A stretch of 32,000 nt of DNA from NCBI RefSeq assembly GCF_009557235.1, contig NZ_CP045650.1, positions 300,001 through 332,000 of the forward strand, written 5' to 3'. Both the position numbers and the translations under genes were made by a program. The notes under the pieces are model-generated. The model saw only the letters and a program-made list of their open reading frames with translations. It was not told where the DNA came from and made no database searches. This stretch comes from Acinetobacter wanghuae (GTDB taxonomy: Bacteria > Pseudomonadota > Gammaproteobacteria > Pseudomonadales > Moraxellaceae). This document shows, one piece after another, positions 26,325 to 32,000 of this stretch (position 1 is its first letter; every line of letters begins with the position of its first letter).

Positions 26325-26357
26325 TGTGGATAACTTTGAGGATAACTGTGTGGAAAA
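26325..26357. repeat. Three DnaA-box-like 9-mers in a direct array with exact 12-bp spacing
   Basis: TGTGGATAA (26325-26333) is the exact complement of the DnaA-box consensus TTATCCACA. TGAGGATAA (26337-26345) matches 8 of 9 positions. TGTGGAAAA (26349-26357) also matches 8 of 9. All three have the same orientation and sit in the recB/recD junction. Confidence 0.6.
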
Positions 26358-28101
26358 TGATCAATTTCAAGCAATGTCTCACTTAGCGTCGTGGATTGAT
26401 TATCTATGTCAGCCACCTTTTAGTAGCGCAACATTCGATGATGCTGCAAAGGCATTGATGCAAAACGTGCTAGATGCCATGCAACAAGGAGACAGTTGCA
26501 TTGTTGCAAAATCGAGTCAGATTGCAGGCTTACATCATTTGGTTACCGATACAAAGCAAGACAGCACGATTGCGCCCTTTATCTTTGATGGTCATCTACT
26601 GTATCTATATCGTTATTGGGCACTAGAAAAATCAGTTGCCACACATATTATTAGAATTCGTGCCAATCAGATTGCAACGATTGAATTAACCGAAGCGCAT
26701 CAACAGCTCTTATCTGATCCACAGCAAAAACAAGCCTTAGATATGGTCACGAGTCAAGGTTTGAGCATGATTACAGGTGGACCGGGGACGGGCAAGACCT
26801 ATACATTGGCGCATATTATTGCTGTTTTGAATCAAGCCTTACCCAATATTCGGATTGCCATGGCAGCGCCCACTGGCAAAGCTGCACAACGTATGAAAGA
26901 AGCCTTACAAAACGCGCTGCATAGTGAGGCATTGCAACAATTTAATTTAGATACATTAAAACAATTACAGCCGGTGACTTTGCATCGTTTACTTGGGCTT
27001 GGTACTACAGCGCAGCCACGTTTTCATGTGAAACAACCCTTACCTTATGATGTGATTGTGGTTGATGAAGCTTCAATGTTAGATTTGAATCTATCCCAAA
27101 TGCTTTTGGCTGCTGTACCCAAACATGCTCGTTTAATTTTATTGGGCGATGCCGATCAGTTGGCATCCGTTGATGTTGGAACAGTGTTAGCAGATTTACA
27201 GCAAGTACCACAGCTTAAAAGTAATCATGTCAATTTGCTCAAAACACGTCGCTTTGCCGAAGGTGCAAAGATTGGCGCAATGGCGCGGTTTATTCAGCGT
27301 TCGAATACTCCTGCAAGCGTTTTGGTTGAATTTGAAGATCAAGTGGTTTCTGCGACGCAACTCCAACCCATTCATCTCGCAGAGGTTAAAGTCGACCAAT
27401 TACAACTTGAATATCTTGGCGAAGAAAAACCGAGTGCGGAACAACTTGATGATTATTATGCAAAGCTCATGTATGGCTATCAAGATTATGCGCATTTGCT
27501 CAAGCAGGGACGAGCACAATATAATTTTGATGACTATGTTCAAGCCATTACACAATGCTTTGACCAATATCGTATTTTGACTGCCATTCGCTATGGCGCA
27601 TTGGGTCTAACTCAACTCAATATGCACATGGAACAGCGCTTATTGAACCTTTTAGGTCAGCTCAAGCAAGGCGATTGGTATGAAGGTCGCCCTGTGATGA
27701 TGACCTATAACGATTACCAACTGGGGTTGTCGAATGGGGATATTGGTATTTGCTTCTTGCGCGAAATCGGAGATGTACGTCAATTTGAAGTATATTTCCC
27801 AAGCTTAGAGAAATGGGTACTTGCAACACGCTTGCCTAAAAATATAGAAACAGCATTTGCACTTACTATTCATAAATCGCAAGGTTCTGAGTTTGTCCAC
27901 ACTGCTGTGGTTTTAGATCAGGCTGCCAAAACCTTACTGAGCAAAGAGCTCATCTATACCGCTATTACACGTGCAAAAAAGGTAGTGAGTTTGTTAGTCA
28001 ATCGTGATGCATTTACACAGTCACTTTGTGTAAAAACTGCCAGACAAAGCGGCTTAACCCAAAAAATTATTGAACAGTGTCACAATTTTGAATGTATTTA
28101 A
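26350..28101 (+). CDS. recD: Exodeoxyribonuclease V alpha subunit RecD (SF1 helicase)
   Basis: Contains Walker A ITGGPGTGKTYTL, Walker B VIVVDEASMLD, LILLGDADQLASVDVG, FALTIHKSQGSEF and LIYTAITRAKK. The start is ambiguous. GTG 26326 is the ORF-track maximum and has no SD. GTG 26350 has GAGGA 7 nt upstream and is my preference. ATG 26374 (MSHLASWIDYL) has no SD. Confidence 0.88.
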   Translation: MENDQFQAMSHLASWIDYLCQPPFSSATFDDAAKALMQNVLDAMQQGDSCIVAKSSQIAGLHHLVTDTKQDSTIAPFIFDGHLLYLYRYWALEKSVATHIIRIRANQIATIELTEAHQQLLSDPQQKQALDMVTSQGLSMITGGPGTGKTYTLAHIIAVLNQALPNIRIAMAAPTGKAAQRMKEALQNALHSEALQQFNLDTLKQLQPVTLHRLLGLGTTAQPRFHVKQPLPYDVIVVDEASMLDLNLSQMLLAAVPKHARLILLGDADQLASVDVGTVLADLQQVPQLKSNHVNLLKTRRFAEGAKIGAMARFIQRSNTPASVLVEFEDQVVSATQLQPIHLAEVKVDQLQLEYLGEEKPSAEQLDDYYAKLMYGYQDYAHLLKQGRAQYNFDDYVQAITQCFDQYRILTAIRYGALGLTQLNMHMEQRLLNLLGQLKQGDWYEGRPVMMTYNDYQLGLSNGDIGICFLREIGDVRQFEVYFPSLEKWVLATRLPKNIETAFALTIHKSQGSEFVHTAVVLDQAAKTLLSKELIYTAITRAKKVVSLLVNRDAFTQSLCVKTARQSGLTQKIIEQCHNFECI

Positions 28102-28297
28102 TGCCAATTCTTTGTAGGCAAATGCTTACACTGATTCAGGAAATTTGCCGATAGAGCTTTAGTGTCGTTTCTGAGAAGATGACTGCCATAAACAACTCAA
28201 CACGGAATGTTGAGCATAATCGCATAATTATTCTAATAACGTCGAAAGGCAGCGAACTTACAGTGACGTAAGTGAAAGAGGAAATTTACAGCCGCTA

Positions 28298-28337
28298 AGC
28301 CTTGTAGTTTTGGGAGAGACTACAGGGCTTTTTATTT
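28298..28337 (+). terminator. Strong plus-strand rho-independent terminator about 200 nt downstream of recD
   Basis: An 11-bp stem AGCCTTGTAGT (28298-28308) pairs with ACTACAGGGCT (28319-28329), including one G-U pair, around a 10-nt loop. TTTTTATTT follows. Confidence 0.75.
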
Positions 28338-28653
28338 GGTGATGTGATTAATCCAGTATTTTCTAATTAACAGTTATGTAAACGTGCTCACTTGATAAGA
28401 CTGTTGCAACGTAAATAAAAAATGATAAGTGTAATGTTATGCAATTTTTGCGTGAGTTTATGTACGAAACGGCTTACGCGGAAAGAGGGGATTAACCTCT
28501 ATTCGTACTGATCGAATCTGTCAAACTGTTGCATATAGGGAAGTAGACGTTCAATCACAAGGATGATGTGATCATAACAAAGCGCCTAAAGGCGTAATAA
28601 ACCATAATAATAAATAAAAAAATATAACCATAAGAGAAGAAACTACAGCGCCT

Positions 28654-28686
28654 AAAAATCCCGAGTTTGACTCGGGATTTTTTTAT
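28654..28686. terminator. Rho-independent terminator inside the recD-rpsO spacer
   Basis: An 8-bp stem ATCCCGAG (28658-28665) pairs with CTCGGGAT (28671-28678) around a 5-nt loop. A run of 7 T residues follows (28678-28684, the first being the last stem base) and A5 precedes. It is strongest on the plus strand and usable on both. Confidence 0.75.
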
Positions 28687-28761
28687 CTATTCTTTGTGCT
28701 TATGAGGTTTTATTTCCAAGCTGAAATCTGATGGGTGAACATCAAAATAGATGATCTGTTT

Positions 28762-28790
28762 TTGCAATTTGAGCGAGATTCACGTAAAAT
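28762..28790 (+). promoter_or_regulatory. Candidate sigma70 promoter of rpsO
   Basis: -35 TTGCAA (28762-28767), an exactly 17-bp spacer, and -10 TAAAAT (28785-28790). This predicts a leader of about 90 nt ahead of the rpsO ATG at 28886. Confidence 0.6.
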
Positions 28791-28885
28791 ATTCGACTTG
28801 CTGTAGTGATGCACGGCAGTCAAGGTTTTGAATTCTCATTACTTTGATTTTTATCAAGATATATTAAGCATCTCGGAGAAATCGA

Positions 28886-29155
28886 ATGGCTTTAACAAAC
28901 GCAGATCGCGCAGAGATCATTGCTAAATTCGCACGCGCTGAAAACGACACTGGTTCACCAGAAGTTCAAGTAGCGCTTTTGACTGCTCAAATCAATGATT
29001 TGCAAGCTCACTTTAAAGAGCACAAACACGACCATCATAGCCGTCGCGGTCTAATCCGTATGGTTAACCAACGTCGTAAGTTACTTGACTACCTAAATGG
29101 TAAAGACCACGGTCGTTATGTAGCATTGATCGGTGCTTTAGGTTTACGTCGTTAA
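28886..29155 (+). CDS. rpsO: 30S ribosomal protein S15
   Basis: 89 aa. The block [49 protein letters not shown] is near-identical in pattern to E. coli S15. A GGAG SD lies at 28873-28876. Confidence 0.97.
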   Translation: MALTNADRAEIIAKFARAENDTGSPEVQVALLTAQINDLQAHFKEHKHDHHSRRGLIRMVNQRRKLLDYLNGKDHGRYVALIGALGLRR

Positions 29156-29243
29156 TTCGATTAAACTTTATTTTCGGACTATTGCATTTTGAATGCTGTA
29201 TTACTGAAAACTAAAGTCGGTTTAGTTGTCGACTAGACCAGTG

Positions 29244-29277
29244 GAAGGGGCGAACGTTTCGCTCCTTCTTTGTGTTT
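29244..29277 (+). terminator. rpsO terminator/attenuator hairpin in the rpsO-pnp spacer
   Basis: An 11-bp stem GAAGGGGCGAA (29244-29254) pairs with TTCGCTCCTTC (29258-29268), including one G-U pair, around a 3-nt loop. TTTGTGTTT follows. Confidence 0.7.
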
Positions 29278-29407
29278 AAAATTAGTATGTTATTTCTGGT
29301 GAGGTCGGCTTCTAAGCTTTGTCATTTATAATCAAACTCAGTGTACTGGGTGATGAATGCCAAACCTTAGGGGTCTCCACTAGAATAAAATCGGGAAACA
29401 AAAATAC

Positions 29408-31501
29408 ATGTCTATGTTTAATATTATTCGTAAAGAATTCCAATTTGGTCAACACCAAGTTGTATTAGAAACAGGTCGCGTTGCACGTCAAGCGAACACT
29501 GTTGTGATTACAATGGGTGGCGTACAAGTTCTTGTTGCTGTTGTTGCTCAACCAAAAGCAAAAGCAGGTCAAGACTTCTTCCCATTGACTGTTAACTACC
29601 AAGAAAAACAATATGCTGCGGGTCGTATCCCGGGTGGTTATGGTAAACGTGAAGGTCGTCAGTCTGAAGCTGAAACTTTAATTTCACGTCTGATTGACCG
29701 TCCAATCCGTCCGTTGTTCCCAGAAGGTTACTACAACGAAATCCAAGTGACTGCGACTGTCATCTCATCTGACAAAACAATGGATGCTGATATTGCTGCA
29801 ATGCTGGGTACTTCTGCTGCATTGTCTATCGCTGGTACACCTTTCCGTGGTCCAATCGGTGGCGCACGTGTTGGTTTAATCAACGGTGAATACATCCTGA
29901 ACCCGAACCACGAACAATTGAAAGAGTCAGATCTTGATCTTGTTGTGGCAGGTACAGAGTCTGCAGTATTGATGGTTGAATCTGAAGCGAAAGAACTTTC
30001 AGAAGATCAAATGCTTGGCGCTGTATTGTTCGGCCATGACGAAATGCAAATCGCGATCCAAGCGATCAAAGAATTTGCTGCAGCTGCTGGTGCAGTTGAG
30101 TCAACTTGGGTTGCTCCAGTTAAAAATGAAGAACTTCTTGGTAAATTGAAAGAAGCATTCGAAGCGAAAATCTCTGAAGCATATACTATTGCTATTAAGC
30201 ATGAACGTTATGCAGCACTTGATGCGCTCCAAGAAGAAGCATTGGCTCAATTCGTTCCTGAAAATGACGAAACTGGCATTTCTGACGAAGTTAACGAATT
30301 ATTCGAAGACTTAAAATACCGTACCGTACGTGACAATATCTTGTCTGGTAAACCACGTATTGATGGTCGTGACACAAAAACTGTACGTGCAATTGACGTA
30401 CAAGTGGGCGTTCTAGATCGTGCTCACGGTTCTGCATTGTTCACACGTGGTGAAACTCAAGCGTTGGTAACAACAACTTTGGGTAATACACGTGATGCGT
30501 TGATGGTTGATACCCTTGCAGGTACTAAAACTGATAACTTCATGCTTCACTACAACTTCCCTGCATACTCTGTAGGTGAAACAGGTCGTGAATCTGGTCC
30601 TAAACGTCGTGAAATTGGTCACGGTCGTTTGGCGCGTCGTGGTGTTCAAGCGGTGCTTCCACCAGCAGATCGCTTCCCGTACGTAATTCGTATCGTATCT
30701 GATATTACTGAATCAAACGGTTCATCTTCAATGGCTTCTGTATGTGGTGCTTCACTATCACTTATGGATGCAGGTGTTCCACTTAAAGCGCCAGTTGCGG
30801 GTATTGCGATGGGTCTTGTGAAAGAAGGCGAGCGTTTCGCAGTTCTTTCTGACATCTTAGGTGATGAAGATCACTTGGGCGATATGGACTTTAAAGTAGC
30901 AGGTTCTGCAACCGGTATTACTGCGCTTCAAATGGACATCAAGATCGAAGGTATTACCGAAGAGATCATGGAGTCTGCATTGAACCAAGCTTATGCTGGT
31001 CGTATGCACATTCTTAATGAGATGAACCAAGTCATTTCACGCGCTCGTCCTGAAATTTCAATGCACGCACCGACATTCCAAGTGATTAACATCAATCCGG
31101 ACAAAATCCGTGATGTGATCGGTAAAGGCGGCGCGACTATTCGTGCAATCACTGAAGAAACCAAAGCTGCAATCGATATCGAAGATAACGGTACAGTTCG
31201 CGTATTCGGTGAAACTAAAGCTGCTGCGGCTGCTGCGGTTGCGAAAATCCAAGCACTTACTGCTGAAATCGAACCAGGCACAATCTATATGGGTAAAGTT
31301 ATCCGTATTGTTGAGTTTGGTGCGTTCGTGAACATCTTGCCAGGTACTGATGGTTTACTTCACATCTCTCAAATCTCAAACGAACGCATTGCGAACGTTG
31401 CAGATGTATTGAAAGAAGGCCAAGAAATTAAAGTTCAAGTGGCTGACGTTGACAACCGTGGTCGTATCAAGTTGTCTATGAAAGACATCGAACAAGCATA
31501 A
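29408..31501 (+). CDS. pnp: Polyribonucleotide nucleotidyltransferase (PNPase)
   Basis: 697 aa with two RNase PH domains ([58 protein letters not shown]). A KH domain ([15 protein letters not shown]) and an S1 domain ([29 protein letters not shown]) follow. Confidence 0.97.
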   Translation: MSMFNIIRKEFQFGQHQVVLETGRVARQANTVVITMGGVQVLVAVVAQPKAKAGQDFFPLTVNYQEKQYAAGRIPGGYGKREGRQSEAETLISRLIDRPIRPLFPEGYYNEIQVTATVISSDKTMDADIAAMLGTSAALSIAGTPFRGPIGGARVGLINGEYILNPNHEQLKESDLDLVVAGTESAVLMVESEAKELSEDQMLGAVLFGHDEMQIAIQAIKEFAAAAGAVESTWVAPVKNEELLGKLKEAFEAKISEAYTIAIKHERYAALDALQEEALAQFVPENDETGISDEVNELFEDLKYRTVRDNILSGKPRIDGRDTKTVRAIDVQVGVLDRAHGSALFTRGETQALVTTTLGNTRDALMVDTLAGTKTDNFMLHYNFPAYSVGETGRESGPKRREIGHGRLARRGVQAVLPPADRFPYVIRIVSDITESNGSSSMASVCGASLSLMDAGVPLKAPVAGIAMGLVKEGERFAVLSDILGDEDHLGDMDFKVAGSATGITALQMDIKIEGITEEIMESALNQAYAGRMHILNEMNQVISRARPEISMHAPTFQVININPDKIRDVIGKGGATIRAITEETKAAIDIEDNGTVRVFGETKAAAAAAVAKIQALTAEIEPGTIYMGKVIRIVEFGAFVNILPGTDGLLHISQISNERIANVADVLKEGQEIKVQVADVDNRGRIKLSMKDIEQA

Positions 31502-31513
31502 TATTGGCTTGAA

Positions 31514-31541
31514 GATTCATATGGCACTCTCCATATGAATC
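31514..31541 (+). other. Perfect 11-bp stem-loop immediately 3-prime of pnp
   Basis: GATTCATATGG (31514-31524) pairs with CCATATGAATC (31531-31541) around a 6-nt loop. It begins 13 nt after the pnp stop and has no U-tract. It may be a 3-prime stabiliser or processing hairpin. Confidence 0.55.
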
Positions 31542-31556
31542 GTGGTCTAAAAGAAA

Positions 31557-31607
31557 AGCCCTGTACTTTGCTAATGTTTAGATTTTAGCGGGTACGGGGC
31601 TTTTTTA
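31557..31607 (+). terminator. Rho-independent terminator of pnp
   Basis: A 10-bp stem AGCCCTGTAC (31557-31566) pairs with GTACGGGGCT (31592-31601), including one G-U pair. The interior contains a nested GCTAA/TTAGC helix. TTTTTT follows. Confidence 0.7.
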
Positions 31608-31729
31608 TGCATCATGGTATAACAAGAAAATACACTATGATTTTAAATTACAAAGGTCTGTAAGCTGTTTCGCTTTGAACAGTCCTGTCGATCTATGTCG
31701 TTTTTGATGAATCAGATACTGGTTGCAAT

Positions 31730-31957
31730 TTAACTCAGCGGATCTGCTTCTGAACTCTTTAACAGTCGATAAATTTCATCTTTAAGCTTCAGTTTTTTGC
31801 GCTTAATCCCTTCTATATCATCATTAACATGATTAATCGGATCAAGTTCTAACTGTGCAATTTGCTTATCTAATACGGCATGTTCCTCAAACAAGTTCGC
31901 AAAATATGGATTTTCTTGGCGAAGTTGGACAATTAAATCCCGATATTCAGGGAACAT
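31730..31957 (-). CDS. DUF465 (YdcH-like) small protein
   Basis: 75 aa from the ATG at 31957. MFPEYRDLIVQLRQENPYFANLFEEHAVLDKQIAQLE matches the YdcH/DUF465 pattern. The ORF track extends 12 codons further, to 31993. Confidence 0.7.
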   Translation of the reverse strand: MFPEYRDLIVQLRQENPYFANLFEEHAVLDKQIAQLELDPINHVNDDIEGIKRKKLKLKDEIYRLLKSSEADPLS

Positions 31958-32000
31958 GTGTTTTATTTTTTTATTACAATCTTTGGTCTTCATGAGTGCC

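Noticed and set aside
26099-26416. 105-aa minus-strand ORF spanning the recB/recD junction, containing SYPQSYPQ
   Set aside because: It is antisense to both rec genes. The SYPQSYPQ repeat is simply the antisense translation of the 12-bp DnaA-box-like repeat.
28179-28271. 30-codon plus-strand ORF (MTAINNSTRNVEHNRIIILITSKGSELTVT) in the recD-distal spacer
   Set aside because: The purine patch GAGAAG abuts the ATG with no spacing, and the sequence shows no recognisable features. It is kept only as a note under the sRNA/UTR finding.
28462-28508. A 7-bp acceptor-like helix enclosing a 5-bp stem with a 7-nt loop, considered as a tRNA or tRNA remnant
   Set aside because: It is only 47 nt in total, with no D arm or T arm. 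The loop has G rather than U at the position equivalent to U33. The nearby ATCGAATC only superficially resembles a T-loop.
28572-28631. 19-codon hydrophobic mini-ORF on the minus strand (MVIFFYLLLWFITPLGALL), considered as a type I toxin or leader peptide
   Set aside because: The upstream sequence on that strand is pyrimidine-rich (TTTCTTCTCTT) with no SD. The hydrophobicity comes from reading an A-rich tract in antisense. A ribosome-profiling check would be worthwhile, but the sequence alone does not support it.
1-32000. Search for CRISPR arrays, IS elements or transposases, integrases, prophage genes, toxin-antitoxin pairs, restriction-modification and known defence modules
   Set aside because: I saw no regularly spaced repeat arrays, terminal inverted repeats flanking a transposase-like ORF, tRNA-adjacent integrase, or small adjacent gene pairs with TA features. 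All large ORFs are accounted for by housekeeping families. By eye, composition looks uniform across the window.

Overview
This window reads as conserved chromosomal backbone of an AT-rich gammaproteobacterium. It is most likely an Acinetobacter, inferred from protein sequences such as the two-domain polyphosphate:AMP phosphotransferase. I did not compute GC content and could not run any searches. I support 20 protein-coding genes. In order they are: a DsbA-family oxidoreductase (partial, minus strand, absent from the ORF track), an AarC/ScpC-type CoA-transferase, envZ-ompR, tex, a SulP-STAS-beta-carbonic-anhydrase fusion transporter, a small membrane protein, a patatin-like lipase, the ubiE-ubiJ-ubiB operon, a conserved hypothetical, a two-domain PPK2 (PAP), a DUF697-like protein, a contiguous recC-recB-recD operon, rpsO, pnp and a DUF465 protein. 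Most transcription units end in clear rho-independent terminators. I found no rRNA, tRNA, CRISPR array, IS element, integrase or phage genes, and no recognisable multi-gene defence or mobile system. The features most worth a second look are listed here. (1) A 784-bp ORF-free spacer between recD and rpsO is split by two strong plus-strand intrinsic terminators into two structured, sRNA-sized units. (2) Three DnaA-box-like 9-mers sit at exact 12-bp spacing on the recB/recD junction. (3) RecB is 1374 aa, with about 155 extra residues inside an otherwise intact nuclease domain. (4) There are several smaller regulatory oddities. Several ORF-track N-termini are non-ATG extensions, and I trimmed them to starts supported by homology or a ribosome-binding site.
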